From Toensbergia leucococca (Eukaryota), in assembly GCA_022813965.1 (NCBI GenBank), contig JALDZS010000126.1, forward strand, positions 1-64,000: DNA of 64,000 bases, in the 5' to 3' direction. The translations under genes were made by a program, and so were the position numbers. This document shows, in pieces, positions 36,882-49,349 of the stretch. How positions within the stretch are numbered: position 1 is the stretch's first letter; each line of letters begins with the position of its first letter. A model generated the notes under the pieces. That model did no database searches, had not been told where the DNA came from, and was given only the letters and a program-made list of their open reading frames with translations.

Positions 36882-37434
36882 GCTCAAATACCTCCCAAGC
36901 TGATAGCCTCGAACAAACCTGTCACAGCATAGGGATGAGCAAATTGTCAAGACCAATGCCATGACCCTCGAATCATGATACCAATGTATTAGTGTCTTCT
37001 CTGGACGGGAGCTTTTCATTTTGCTCCTATCCTAACACGCGAAATGTCTAGTAATAAGTAACAAAAGACGCCTTTTGTCAGCTCGGCAGAGACCATTGAA
37101 AGGCGTTAACAGGGGAGCATCGATGTAAAGCATGTTTCTGGGTAATGCTAAGCCTGGCTGCTATAGTTACGTACCTGGTCTCTTGAAAGTCTGTTTTCCA
37201 ACGGTACAAGCAGACACATTTGATCATGCTATCCTCCGTTCCAATGCTCAGTATCAGCAAACACACGCACTATACCTTAGCAATGTCCGCAAAGCAATCC
37301 AATCCATTCTCTCGTAGATTCAACAAACCAGTCATCCATTAGAGCCCCCCCTCTCAAAAGCCCACGCCACACATAATCCCGAAAAAAACCAACCCAAACA
37401 CCTTCCACCCGAAACTCCAGCCCCAAAAGCCCCC

Positions 37435-38166
37435 CTAAACCACCCCGTCCTCCCCCAAAAGAAACCCCTCATCCGCCTCAACCCTCCTCTCAAACTTCCC
37501 CCACCACTCCCGAAACCTCCCCAACGGCACCACCTCCTGGCCCCCAACGCCCTTTTCCCCAAAACTCGCCAAGAAGTTAAACGCGTTCTGCACGATGCGT
37601 TGCGCGAGCACTTTTGTAGAAATGGGTCTCCTTGCTGCTGCTGCTGCTGTGGGGACAAGAGCTGTTGATGGGGTGGGTTGCTGAGGTGGTGGGGAAGGTG
37701 GGGGAAGGGCGGCGAGTTGAGCTTCCACGGCCGCGGCGGGCTCGATGGAGATGCCGATTGTGATTTGGTTTATCTCTGCTGCTGCTGCTGCTGGGGAGGG
37801 GATGATGGTGGGGGGGAGGGCTGGCTCGGCGTCGATCATGTCGTCTTCTTCCTCCGCTTCCGTCCTTCTCTCTCCATTAGCATTGCCCCCAGCGCCGCTT
37901 TCGGCATTGTCGTTTGGGGGGAGGCGAAAAGTGGCGCTTGGGGCTTCGTTGCTGAGGGCGCCGAGGAGAGTGAATGACTGGGAGGGGGCCCGCTGGATGT
38001 AGATTGCGGCGAGGGTGGAGGGGGGGAGGGTGGTTGTTGGGAGGAGGAAGAGGGTTAGGTTGTTGGGGTGGGGGGAGGGGGGGAGGGGGAGGGTGAGGGC
38101 TTGTTGGGTTGGGGAGAGGGGGGTTGGTGTTTGGAGGGGGTGTGGGGGGAGGACGAGTCCGAACAT
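37435..38166 (-). CDS. OPI10: Hikeshi / OPI10 family protein
   Basis: MFG start, LFLLP, LLGALSNEAPSATF, IGISIEP, LAQRIVQNAFNFLASF, VPL..F..WW.KFERR. Confidence 0.9.
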   Translation of the reverse strand: MFGLVLPPHPLQTPTPLSPTQQALTLPLPPSPHPNNLTLFLLPTTTLPPSTLAAIYIQRAPSQSFTLLGALSNEAPSATFRLPPNDNAESGAGGNANGERRTEAEEEDDMIDAEPALPPTIIPSPAAAAAEINQITIGISIEPAAAVEAQLAALPPPSPPPQQPTPSTALVPTAAAAARRPISTKVLAQRIVQNAFNFLASFGEKGVGGQEVVPLGRFREWWGKFERRVEADEGFLLGEDGVV

Positions 38167-38368
38167 TTTTGGGGGTGGGGTGGAGGGAGCATTCTTGTTT
38201 TTTGGGTTTTGCGGGGAGGGTGGCTTTGGGCAGGGGGGGTGGAGGGGCATGCAAGGGATGACGTAGGGTGGGGGAGCTTATTTAATCGATTAGAGAGAGC
38301 TTTGCTCTTGCGTGTTTGGGCATGGGATTTCAATCTATATGCACAACCATTGTTGGGACTGGCACAAC

Positions 38369-39385
38369 ATGAAGAGTAATTTAGAACTCGTGGATGAGTG
38401 CGACAGGTGACTTTGTGTTCTACTATGGGTTCATTCGCGGCGACTTTGCTAAGCTCATTTCAACAGCTTCCCGTATCGCCATGACGATCCGGTGCGTTAT
38501 GATGACCTTATTTCTTCTTACTATACCTTCCGCCTACATGATAGCCCCCACGTTGTCGGGTACATCTTGCCATGGGTGGTGGAAAAAATGCCGTGGGGAG
38601 TCAAGTGGCACATCGACCACCAGTCCAAAGTCGTTACCCTAAAGCCTGGTGCTGAAGACCTTTCCAAGCAGAACGAGATCATGGCGGAAACGCTGGAAAA
38701 TGCGAGGGCAAAAGGGATATTCGAGGTGTTGAAGGGATGGCGCAATGAGCTGTATCCAATTTATGGATCCGAGTTTATGGATGTCGGTCTGGAGCGTGCT
38801 GCAAGTGCATTGTTTGGCGTTGTGACATTCGGGGTGCATTTAACGGCGTACGTGGAAGAGCCGGGAGGACTCAAGATATGGGTGCCGAGGAGAGCAAAAG
38901 ACAAACAGACGTACGGGGGGTTTCTTGATAATACTGTTGCGGGAGGCATCAGTCTTGGGGAGAAGCCTTTCGAATGCCTAGTCAGAGAAGCAGCTGAAGA
39001 GGCATCATTTTCCGAGGAAATGGTTCGTAGGTCTGCAAAGGCGGTCGGAATAGTCTCGTACTTTTATGTGCGTGATGCAAGAGCTGGAGGAGAAACAGGA
39101 CTGCTTCAACCAGAGGTTCAGTACGTCTATGATCTGGAAGTTGACATAGAGGTTGTCCCGAAGCCAGGAGATAACGAGGTCGAGCAATTCTACCTATGGA
39201 CAATCAAAGAGGTGATGCTGGCATTGGCAGAGGGGCAATTCAAGCCTAATTGCGCGGTGGTGTTATTGGACTTCTTTGTGCGACATGGTATCCTGACTGC
39301 AGAGAACGAGAAGTACTATATCGACATTGTCGCTAGGATCCACCGAGCTCTTCCTTTTCCCACAACTTCGCGACTTAAGGGATGA
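38369..39385 (+). CDS. Nudix hydrolase (yeast YJR142W-like)
   Basis: Exon 38369-38406, intron 38407-38466. GWRNELYPIY, FGVVTFGVH, LDNTVAGG, Nudix box REAAEEAS, FKPNC. Confidence 0.92.
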
Positions 39386-39533
39386 GTGCTGAAGCTTGTT
39401 TGCCGCCAGATACCCCAATGTTGTTGCTTCTAGATTCTAGATGCTTTTCCAATAGCCATTTCCTAACTCCAGATATGCTTCGCTAAATGATGTAACTGAT
39501 CCTGTGAGCGCCTTGACTGTATAGAAAGACCTA

Positions 39534-40036
39534 TTACTTCTTCAAGAGAAGGTAGATGTGGTCGATTCGTAAAGGAGTAAGCTTCTTGTATGGTCCATCC
39601 ATATAAAGTAACAATCCCCCGAATGATATGTACACTTTCCTAGAAGATCATGATGTCAGTCCTATGCCTTTATTAAAAGCCCGTCGACTTCCACTTACAT
39701 GTTCTCCCCTTCCCCCTCTTCAAAGCGATAGACTTTGCCATGGCAAACATAATCATGGGAATCGGCCAAACTTTCCATTCCCAACCCTATATTTCTCCAG
39801 CCCTTGTCATCGTCCTTGCTACCGTCCAGCGAGAGAGTTGTCACAAGCTTGACCAACATGCGCTCGCCGACGGTACAAGGGTAGAGTTCTGTGTTGATGT
39901 CAAGGGTGAAGAATGTGTCGCCGTTTTCGTTGTTGCCCGACAAGCGGGAGACGCGATCATACTTCTGAGCATTGATAGAGGTGATGCTAAAAGTATCTGA
40001 AAAGAGCTGAGAGTCGCCTGAATTTACTCCAGCCAT
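39534..40036 (-). CDS. RPB8: RNA polymerases I/II/III common subunit Rpb8
   Basis: KYDRVSR, LDINTELYP, DYVCHGKVYRFEE, intron 39698-39640, then KVYISFGGLLLYMDGPYKKL. Confidence 0.97.
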
Positions 40037-40569
40037 GACTGGTCGTAGCAAGACTTATGGTATTCAGGTTTGCGATGGATGTTCAAAATCGAAGTAAATG
40101 TCAGACCCTTGTTAGAGTAGAATATGAAAATCTTGGCACGGGGAGAAGACGGAAATGTGCCCCTTGCTTCGGTCAAACAGACCTCCTTCGTATTTAGTCA
40201 ATAATCAATAAACTAATTCATCTATCATGATAGATTACCATGAATTCGCAGCTGTCGATGCATTGGGATGGCGTTATGAAGTGAGGTGAGATGTTTGTAC
40301 AAGGTCAGTAGGAAGAGAATTGAAACACGATGTTGGAATGTGAGTTTGATGCATTACATAAAAGAAAGTTCTCTTTTTCAAAGTTTAAGCCTCTGTGCAA
40401 GACATACAATAAAGCTTCTTCAACAGCTTTTTTAACGTTATCAGTTCTCACATTCTGTTATAGTATAGCTGTCCAACTTTTGCGACCCCCGAGGCACGAC
40501 AAGTACCTTTAGATCCTGATCCTCAACAAATTGGGCTCAAGACTTTCATCCTCCTTCTCTTGTAATATT

Positions 40570-41880
40570 ATGGACTCTTTGCTTCGTCTACTGCACCTTG
40601 ACAGAGTCGTGACCCAGCCGCAGAGACCAGCCATACTTCAGAGACCAGCCACTCCTCCGAGACCAGCCATTGCCAAGCTATTTGAATGTTTACCAGCCGA
40701 ATTAATTCACCAAATTGCAGCCTGGCTACCACCTAGCTCCGCTGCCTCGCTCTCCCTTTGCAATCACAAGCTACATATTACGCTTGGCAAGCAGTCCTTG
40801 CAGAATCTACATCAGAGCTACCCAATCCGTCTCTTTGAGGCGTATAAACGAGACTCGCTGGAGCGCTATAATCAACGAGCACTTTCTGAGGCGTTTAAAC
40901 GAGACTCGCTGGAGCGCTATAATCAACGAGCACTTTTTTTGCAAGCATTAGACCGAGACTTGCCGGAGACTCTGTATTGCTTTATCTGTAACAGGCTACA
41001 TGTTCTTATTCAAGGACACGAAGCTGGATTGGAAGCTGAAGAACTATACCGACGAGTATCCAAGAAACATTGCCAGAGAGGCGATAGTCAATACAATAAA
41101 GGGACTGCCTACACCTATCATGCGGGATTCAAGTTCGAGCATGTTCAAATGGCTATGAAATTACGTCGACGTGGTCTTCTACCTGACGCAAAGGCCTACT
41201 TGACGAGCTTAGCAATTCTTCGACCTGCCCGTGGTCCTATCACCTTCTTACCAGAATATATGGGTTTATATCTCTTTGAGCCTCGATTTGTGGATGATCA
41301 ACTATCCGTGCGTGCTCAATCGTGGATCTTAATTCCTGAAGAGCAAGGCTCCATAATGCCTAAAACAAAACGGATGACAGTATGTGCTCATTTGAATGAA
41401 AGTCATTTTCACGTCGGGAACCTATATACAATGGCCTTCAGATGCAAATTAAATCACCTCGCCGACAAGCAAGACTCGTGCGATAAATGTCGCAGTCTGA
41501 TACGCTGTAATTATTGTCCTACTGAAGTTCGTGTTGAAGCGAAGCGTCTCGCTAGTGATTCCAAGGGGGGGTTTCTGATTATCACTAAGTGGCAAGCTCT
41601 TGGTTGTGGGCGGTCTCCTTCAGAAGCGCACTGGATAACGCATCTTGAAAGTCCTAATATTCCAGTGCCGTACCTTCCAGATTGTGCGCCTGGAAGTATT
41701 CAAGCTGGCTACGAAGATCAGCCTGGTATTAAGCATGACTCTCTTCTGACAGTGGCCAAGGCGTGGGAATTGCTCAATAAGAAGATGAAATGTGACCAAC
41801 GAGGAAGTTCCCTTACGTGGTTAAGACACAGTGCAACTGAAAGGTTGGTTAATCAAGGAAGGAATGGGCATCCTCGATAG
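40570..41880 (+). CDS. F-box domain protein, lineage-specific type
   Basis: F-box LPAELIHQIAAWLPPSSAASLSLC, YCFICNRLH, CNYCPTE, ITKWQALG. Single long ORF. Confidence 0.8.
   Translation: MDSLLRLLHLDRVVTQPQRPAILQRPATPPRPAIAKLFECLPAELIHQIAAWLPPSSAASLSLCNHKLHITLGKQSLQNLHQSYPIRLFEAYKRDSLERYNQRALSEAFKRDSLERYNQRALFLQALDRDLPETLYCFICNRLHVLIQGHEAGLEAEELYRRVSKKHCQRGDSQYNKGTAYTYHAGFKFEHVQMAMKLRRRGLLPDAKAYLTSLAILRPARGPITFLPEYMGLYLFEPRFVDDQLSVRAQSWILIPEEQGSIMPKTKRMTVCAHLNESHFHVGNLYTMAFRCKLNHLADKQDSCDKCRSLIRCNYCPTEVRVEAKRLASDSKGGFLIITKWQALGCGRSPSEAHWITHLESPNIPVPYLPDCAPGSIQAGYEDQPGIKHDSLLTVAKAWELLNKKMKCDQRGSSLTWLRHSATERLVNQGRNGHPR
40836..40937 (+). repeat. In-frame 51-bp tandem duplication inside the F-box gene
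   Basis: EAYKRDSLERYNQRALS / EAFKRDSLERYNQRALF. A further 18-bp x3 repeat lies at 40621-40671. Confidence 0.95.
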
Positions 41881-42297
41881 TATCTTTATTGGGTGCCATC
41901 TAGCTTCTTTACCGTGTGCCATCCAAGTTCTGTTACGTGCCATTTAGATGTGAATTTACATGATTCTTCATATCTTTTGCGTACCTGAAGAATGAAAGAT
42001 AGAAGACTCGCACTGATTTCCCTCATCAAGCCAATCAAAACTTAATCATCACCCGGCTTACCCATTTGAGCAGCCGCCCTTACACTCCCCACGGGAGCTA
42101 CGACTTACCTAGCCGAGGGATCGTTGGAAGCACTCATCTAGCTGAATATCAAGCAAATCGCTGAGACAGTGAGTACCAGTGAGGCTGCCAATCTTTAGCT
42201 CAGTCATGTGACCTTAGGGCGGCGCTCACCCGAGGCCAATGTGGGGTGTAAGAGCTCAGGGCAGATTTCTATCGTCTTGCCAACATCAAACGACACC

Positions 42298-43634
42298 ATG
42301 TCTTTCCGCAAACGCAACATAGGGCTTTCAGGACCAACGTCCCAGACCCCAAAATCAGATTCTCCCAGCGCTTCAAATATCCCGGAACGGTCGACACATG
42401 ACGCAACACCTCTCGCCCAGGCATCTGGAGTTCGCCCTTCACCCCTCGATGGGCGGCCAACCACATCCACCGGAACGCAGACCCTTGATAGTTTATTGAC
42501 TGGTCACGCAGGACTAGCACTGGGGAACCTGATTTTGGTCGAAGAGAGCGGGACTACGGATTTTGCGGGAACTTTGTTGCGGTACTACGCCGCTGAAGGC
42601 GTAGTTCAGGGACATCGAGTGCACGTCGTCGGTGTTGGGGAACCATGGGGCAGAGAATTGCCTGGGCTTGTGCCAGGAGCTGGGATTGATGCAGAGGATG
42701 AGGTCAAGGTTGGGGTGGATAGGGAGAAGATGAAGATAGCGTGGAGGTATGAGAATTTAGGGGATTTTGACGCTAGAGCTTCTAATATAAGAGGTGGGAT
42801 GATTCCGATATCGTCTTGTGCATTGCCCGTACATAGATCAATACTTATTTCTCGTCCTAGCGTTTTCCGGTTTCCATCTTCTTGCTGACAGCGATAGCTT
42901 TGACAACCCCAAATCGGAACCACAAGGCCTCTGACCCTGGAGAACGAGGATCAATATCCCCGGCAGTCTTTTGCCATACCTTTGACCTGACGAAACGACT
43001 GACACTTCCTGACCCCACAGCCATCAATTTTATTCCTATTCGTCCCGTGAACTCACAGATGTCTCCATTTACAACGGTAATCCAGAACCTAACACAGCAG
43101 CTATCTTCCTCTCCAACAGGTACAGTCCATCGCATCATCATACCAATGATACTATCGCCAGCATTATATCCCCCGCACGCAAGCAATCCTCAATGCATCA
43201 TCCAGTTTTTACACTCCCTCCGTTCCCTGCTCCGCCAGTATCCCACTCAGGTCACTGCTATGCTCACTCTCCCTTTAACACTCTATGCTCGCTCTACAGG
43301 TCTAATTAGGTGGGCGGAGATCCTCTCTGATGGTGTCCTTGAGCTTGCGCCGTTTCCCCATATCGTGGATGCCGGGCCTTCGTCCACATCATCTAGCGCG
43401 ACAACGGTTCAAGAGGAGAAGCCGCAAGGTATAGTAAAGGTGCATCGACTCCCCGTGTTTCACGAAAGAGGCGGAGGCGGGGCCGGGAATGGAGGCGTCG
43501 GCGATTTGGCGTTCACGGTCAGCCGGAGAAAGTTTGTCATCAAGCCATTTAGCCTTCCACCGGTGGAGGGAGATACTGAGGCGCAGAGAGGGGAGGTGGA
43601 AGGAAAGGCCACCAAAGTAAATATAGAATTTTAA
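42298..43634 (+). CDS. ELP4: Elongator complex subunit 4
   Basis: MSFRKRN, GVRPSPLDGRPTTSTG, LVEESGTTDF, KMKIAWRYE, FCHTFDLTKRL, DLAFTVSRRKFVIKPFSLPP. Intron about 42794-42897. Confidence 0.95.
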
Positions 43635-44448
43635 ATGCTCAACTCGAGGCAGCAGAGATCGATGCGAGACTTTCAGTCATGGGAAGTCACTCCAGGCGAG
43701 ATCAGGGCTCGTAATCTCCGTTCATTGGTTTGGTTAGCATGTCTTGCATCTCCAAATGCTCTCCCATGAAAGGGTTGCTATTAGTCATAGTGCGCAGATA
43801 GCTGCGGCCATAGGCAGCATTTCGAGGACTCAAAGAATGGCCTGAAGTCCAGGCTCGGAAGTTCTCCCCCAAACACGAGGATACAGCAAGATATGCTGTG
43901 AAGAGTGAGATGCAGCGAGTCAAATACGAGTACGCCTTTCTGGGTCTTACCAATGAAGATAACAATTAGTAGGACGACAAGAAACCCCAGTAGCGATAAA
44001 GAGTCCATTCTTGCACAAGCCTCGTTAGGATATATGAGTGTACGTACAGATAGACCTCGTATGGATACTCGTAGCCTCCTCGCTCGGCTAGCTGAATCTT
44101 CAACCACAAACCTCGTCCAGCGAATAAATCCTGGTCTTAATGATTTAATGCATAAGCTCTATCGAAGATGTGAGTCGTAGACCGAGTATAAACTAGAGTA
44201 TGACTTCTGGTAAGTGTGTATACCTTCCCTTTCTTTCATTCTGCTTTTACATGATTACAAAATTCAATCTGTCAATCCACTGAACCCGCTTGGGTGCTTG
44301 ATGTGAAACATTTGTGACTTATGATTCTTCCATTCTCAAAATGCATCTTTGATCTTGGAATGTTGCGACAAAGTTGACTCACTGATGCCAAGGGGTAGCA
44401 GATACACCATGATTGCCTACTTATGCTCAGCGGCGCCTAAACGTTGTC

Positions 44449-45489
44449 ATGCCATCCTCATTAGCATCACCTACACCCAACCTTCCATTTCCCATTTTCC
44501 GGATTTCTTCGGCACTTGAACGTTACATGCTATATGATGTCGACGTCATTACATGGCTCCGGAAGAGTCGTCGAATTCTTGGTGTTCTGATTGGCACTCT
44601 CCCTCAAATTCCACAGCAGAATGTGTTCTTAGGCTTACCGTTAGAACTTCAACCCGAAGAAGCTCGACTGCTTGTTGATGAAGGCTCCGCATATATTGTC
44701 GATGACCTGGAAATTCATCGAAATGGTCTATGTTTGATAAATCCTGCTCAGAGGGACGCATTTAGACAAAAGTTGATCAAAGAAGGCAAAGAAGCCGCAA
44801 GAGCAGCGGAACGAAAAAAGCAAGAGCGTACTGAAAACGCTCTCAAGAAGTTACATCAGAAAGAAGGGGCAATTGCGGAAGGCACTACATCTGCTAGTAC
44901 CCTTCCTGGATCGGAAATCAGGGCCGAAGAAGACGAATCTCTGTTCATCCCATCGCCAGCGCAAGAACCGAAACTATCATCCCGGCCATCTGTGTCATCC
45001 GTCCATGGCTCAGACGTAGGTGCATGGTCTATCACAACAACTAGGTCCTATCCTCCGCTTCCGCCACCTCCTAACAATCCAAAAACAGCCCCCCCAGAAG
45101 TTAACCCGTCATCTTACGCAATCTTCAAACATCTTCACAACTTGTTGTACTTTATCTCTCCGGGTCTTCGCTTCGGCTGCCAATTCTTAATTTATCCTGG
45201 GGATCCTCTGCGCTTTCATAGCCATTTCCTTGCCATCAGTGCAGATTGGAACGAAGAGATCAATCTGGTAGATCTTGTAGGAGGTGGAAGGCTGGGGACT
45301 GGGGTCAAGAAGGGGTGGCTAATTGGAGGTGTTGAGAAAAACTTGAAGAGTATTGAATATGGTGGCGACGGCGATCTCAACATGTCTAGCTCAAAGATGG
45401 AGGTCATTGGTAGTGAAAGGCTGCGAGATAAGGATTCACAAGCAGATCCGAGAGTCAGAACCTTCTGTATTGAGTGGGGAGGAATGTAA
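44449..45489 (+). CDS. SEN34: tRNA-splicing endonuclease subunit Sen34
   Basis: GTLPQIPQQNVFLGLPLEL, PGLRFGCQFLIYPGDPLRFHSH, GGRLGTGVKK, IEWGG. Confidence 0.95.
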   Translation: MPSSLASPTPNLPFPIFRISSALERYMLYDVDVITWLRKSRRILGVLIGTLPQIPQQNVFLGLPLELQPEEARLLVDEGSAYIVDDLEIHRNGLCLINPAQRDAFRQKLIKEGKEAARAAERKKQERTENALKKLHQKEGAIAEGTTSASTLPGSEIRAEEDESLFIPSPAQEPKLSSRPSVSSVHGSDVGAWSITTTRSYPPLPPPPNNPKTAPPEVNPSSYAIFKHLHNLLYFISPGLRFGCQFLIYPGDPLRFHSHFLAISADWNEEINLVDLVGGGRLGTGVKKGWLIGGVEKNLKSIEYGGDGDLNMSSSKMEVIGSERLRDKDSQADPRVRTFCIEWGGM

Positions 45490-46676
45490 GAAAGGGCAAG
45501 TGAGACCAGGTCACATGTCTTACTCGTTAACACCAATTTTGAGCGCCGCAGACGTCGCCGCTAAGGCCATGGCAATATCCAACTTCGCGAAAATTTCTAC
45601 CACTGAAAGGTTGCAAGTGTGGAATCAACCTTCGAGGTATATATCAATCAGTGCGAAATCTACTAAGCTCGACACAACCACCCTAAACATTTCGAAACGG
45701 CATAGAATAGCCAATGTCAATTTCAATATGGAGTTCCTGCAGAATATGCCTAAGGAAATGCAAGGCCAGCTCATAACATGTTCGAGGGAAGGCGGGAGTG
45801 GCGGAATGTTACTTGTGATTGGAGGACGACTTGAGTTCTGAATACGTTGCGTTACTCTAAAGGGAAGTGGAAGGCCTTCGGCCGCTGTATTTTTCACTCC
45901 CTGATCTCGTCATGAATGTGGCTGGTACGCGGCAAAAGAAGTCCGGGCAAACATTACAGACGTGGCGCTCTTGAACAGACCTAATGACAAGGTGGCTGGG
46001 AAATGACAGGTGTTCTGTGGAATTCTATCGACGGTACGGAGTAGAGTACGGAGTAATACGATATATTTCTGATTGGCATATGATAACAATTCTGCGAGTA
46101 TTCTTGAGCTATGAGGCCGTATTAGGAGTGGTAATGAAAGTAGAATTGATCAAGACAAAATTAAGAAAGTTCTTGTCCCATGGGCCGAGGTTCTCGTTTC
46201 ATTACTCTGTGTTAGCGTACTTTTTGACGTATGCATATTCTACGAGTAGCGAGACCGAATCAGGAAGGCTCATGCCACACTTTCTTGATCAAGTCATCCG
46301 ACGTGAGCATCCACCAATCCATCTTAAAGCATAGCTAATCGGCAAAGCTGGTTGCACTTATTTCCTACCTAGTCCCTAAATTACTCTTTTTCATCGTCAC
46401 ATCTGACCGTTCGCTTCACCAACGGCGCTATCTCATCGGTCGCAAAACCCCAAGGAATCACGGATTCATATCCTCTTGTCAACTTCATACTGCGACTCAT
46501 GCGAGCTTGAATGAAGAGAACCCCCGATGACCTATCAAGTCCCACCTCAATTCCATACTGCTTAGTTTACGACGCTCAAGTAAACCATTTTCACGCTGTC
46601 GGGGCTCTTATGTTGGCGTCGCGCCGGGCGGCGCGCCAGTGGGGGAGAATCTCTGATAGGGGATACTGACAACAAC

Positions 46677-49349
46677 ATGTGGATCTGGCCATTTGGCCGC
46701 AAGAATAGGAAGAGGAAATCAAAGGAATTGAAGGAGGCGAGCATGGGTATGACTAGAGCGAAGACGGGCGAACGTGCCAGGAAAGATGTTGGTCAAGACA
46801 CAAGCGACCTCAATGCGCCGAGTTCATGGCGAAGGCCGAGTCGGAAGGGCAGCCAGCGAAAGCAGCGGAGCTCATCCGGGAAACTCACCAAGGCACAACA
46901 ATCAAAAAGAAGAGACTCAGAGAAGGCGGAACCGTTCTCGAATGAGTCTAAGTCGTCCATGCCTACCACTACGAATCGAGAGCCCATAGACGAGAAGAAC
47001 GGCCTAGCTACTGCTTCTGAACCGCTACCTGATCAGCTTACCAGCCCTCCAGCAGACCGTGGAGATATACCGTCGTATTATTTTCAGAATCCTTTATCCC
47101 AATCTAGCCTGCAACCCGAGAGATTCACTGCCATTACAAGTCCACCAACTCTTCGATCTAAAAGTGTTGTAAACGACTCGGTTCTCGCAAGGCAAAAGTC
47201 TAGCAAAAGAAAAGCAGAGGACCATGCGCGTGAGCAGGAAGTGAAGGCCATGAGTTCGGCTATACCGATATCCAAACGTCCAGCAGCCAACAACACCGGC
47301 TTGCTCGCACGTGAGAACAAAAAGGCTCTAAACGGTTTAAATCGAAACTTCGAGAGGCCAACTTCAGATGTTTCACTTCCAATTCCCGAATCCATGCATT
47401 CTTCAATGTCAGGAGTATCCGATGGACATAATTACAAAATCAGTGCCTTTGACGTACTTTCGCCTCGTCCGACGATACGATATTCCGAGAACCCGCGATC
47501 CACCAGCACCAGCCATTTTGTGCCATCACGATCGTCAACTAGAAAGGATAAGGGCCCGATGTTACCAGAGGAGACACCCAAGTCAAACGTAAGAATTAAT
47601 GATCTTGCTGATAAGCTGGATGCTAGCGGGTTGAGGGAGCTGATGGAACGTGACCGACGACGAACCGAGAAAAAGAGAAGATCTGACAGGGAGAAAATGC
47701 AACGGAGACTCGAAAGAAAGGCTGAGAAACAGCAGGATGATCTTAGAAAAGACGAAAGAAACCCGGACCCCCTTTTGACCAATGATCTTGATGAGGACGC
47801 AATCGGTCGCGACGCCATTGGCCTCGGGATTGGCGAGACCGCTACCGCGCCTCATAAAGAGAGCCCGTTGCTGGACACAAAGAGGGAGGACGCCACTGAT
47901 TCTCCTTCATCTTGGCTACAAGATCCTTCGAAAGAGAACCTGCCTCCCGAAGATCCTTTCCAAGATCCAGCAGCCGAAGCAGGCGTAACGCATCTCGAAG
48001 ATCCTACGCCACTGGACGAGCCAGATGATCCGATCATTGAAACAGCCAAAGCTGTGCGTCTGTCACAGGCCAGCATGTCACCACCAACGTCACCAATGCG
48101 TTTATCACATGGACCCTCTAATCTCTTGCAGCTTGCCGATTTGGCATCGAGAAGCACTCCAGATATTCCAGAACAACTGGAACCGGAACGAAGAGATTCA
48201 GACACAAGTGCCAGATTAACAGGCAGCTGGACGTCTTTCTTCAAGCGTGGTGGCACTAGGGGGAAAAGAGATTCTGCAGATCGAGGACGTGCATCACCTT
48301 CGGACTTCTCAAACACTTCCAGAGAGTCCTTCGTACGTCAAGGTCCCCCACCAACCTTCATCAGAAACGTGCGAGCAAGGTCTGGGACACCAGTGCGCAC
48401 TCAGTCTAAATTCAGGGAAGACCTACCAGAATTGCCAATATCGCCTCCAGACTCTCGAGTACAGTCGCCGGAGGTAACCGGACAAAGCTCATCACCGTTG
48501 CCTGACCGAGATTCTGTCGCGCCAAGGTCCAACCGGCCTCTATCGGAAATTCATCCTGCTTTCCGAGACGAGGTCGCCTTGAGCCGGCATCAATCATTGA
48601 CTGCACCATCTCTGGAAGGGCCTTCTGGAACCCTCGTGTCGCAGTCATTAGCCTCAGTTGACTCCGAGGGATCTTGGCTGTCAGGCCGTCCGGTCAAAAG
48701 GGCCTCTCAACCTTCTGGAAACCCGTTGAGGGAAAGTGGAAGTTCTTTGCAGCAACGCATGCAGGAATACGGAGAATCGGAAGAGGTCCTGTTAAACAGA
48801 GACAACACCTATGGATATTCTAGCCGTCTTACACCCGGTCCCGAGGAGAGAACTCCCCAAGCACAGCCGATACAGGCACGTCACTTCGTCGGCACTTCTG
48901 AAGTCATCGAGGACAGTGATGATGAGGCCCTGCCACATCACCCACAGCCAGCCGAGCCTCAAGAAGAAGGCACTTGGCATGGTGCTGTCGGTAGACAACC
49001 TACAATAGTGCGGCATGCGCCTCGGGCCAAGTCAAGAGAGGGTCTTTTAAACGAGTTCGATGCTGGAGACGAGTCACCTGAATCTTCGCCAGCAGACTCA
49101 CCTTTGACCCATTCTTTGGGATATCCGGCAGCTGGTCCGGACAACCCATTCATCCACCGAGCGACTAGCGTAGATCTCGGTAAGAGCCATGTACGGCATA
49201 TCAGTGCTGGTAGTGCAAGGCTCCTCAACCTTCCCCCGAGAGGCTCAGGAGATTTGAAGAGGATGAGTACTGGATCAGGAGAGCGAAGCCCTCTGAGTAT
49301 GCCGTCACCGGATCTTGCAAGGGAGACTCAACCTTCCGACGTGGATTAA
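46677..49349 (+). CDS. Large Ser/Pro/Arg-rich hypothetical protein (890 aa)
   Basis: Uninterrupted 2.7-kb ATG ORF with a central coiled coil (LRELMERDRRR). No domain recognised. Confidence 0.85.
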   Translation: MWIWPFGRKNRKRKSKELKEASMGMTRAKTGERARKDVGQDTSDLNAPSSWRRPSRKGSQRKQRSSSGKLTKAQQSKRRDSEKAEPFSNESKSSMPTTTNREPIDEKNGLATASEPLPDQLTSPPADRGDIPSYYFQNPLSQSSLQPERFTAITSPPTLRSKSVVNDSVLARQKSSKRKAEDHAREQEVKAMSSAIPISKRPAANNTGLLARENKKALNGLNRNFERPTSDVSLPIPESMHSSMSGVSDGHNYKISAFDVLSPRPTIRYSENPRSTSTSHFVPSRSSTRKDKGPMLPEETPKSNVRINDLADKLDASGLRELMERDRRRTEKKRRSDREKMQRRLERKAEKQQDDLRKDERNPDPLLTNDLDEDAIGRDAIGLGIGETATAPHKESPLLDTKREDATDSPSSWLQDPSKENLPPEDPFQDPAAEAGVTHLEDPTPLDEPDDPIIETAKAVRLSQASMSPPTSPMRLSHGPSNLLQLADLASRSTPDIPEQLEPERRDSDTSARLTGSWTSFFKRGGTRGKRDSADRGRASPSDFSNTSRESFVRQGPPPTFIRNVRARSGTPVRTQSKFREDLPELPISPPDSRVQSPEVTGQSSSPLPDRDSVAPRSNRPLSEIHPAFRDEVALSRHQSLTAPSLEGPSGTLVSQSLASVDSEGSWLSGRPVKRASQPSGNPLRESGSSLQQRMQEYGESEEVLLNRDNTYGYSSRLTPGPEERTPQAQPIQARHFVGTSEVIEDSDDEALPHHPQPAEPQEEGTWHGAVGRQPTIVRHAPRAKSREGLLNEFDAGDESPESSPADSPLTHSLGYPAAGPDNPFIHRATSVDLGKSHVRHISAGSARLLNLPPRGSGDLKRMSTGSGERSPLSMPSPDLARETQPSDVD

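Noticed and set aside
43702..44180. Short overlapping ORFs between ELP4 and SEN34
   Set aside because: No recognisable family and no convincing splice model.
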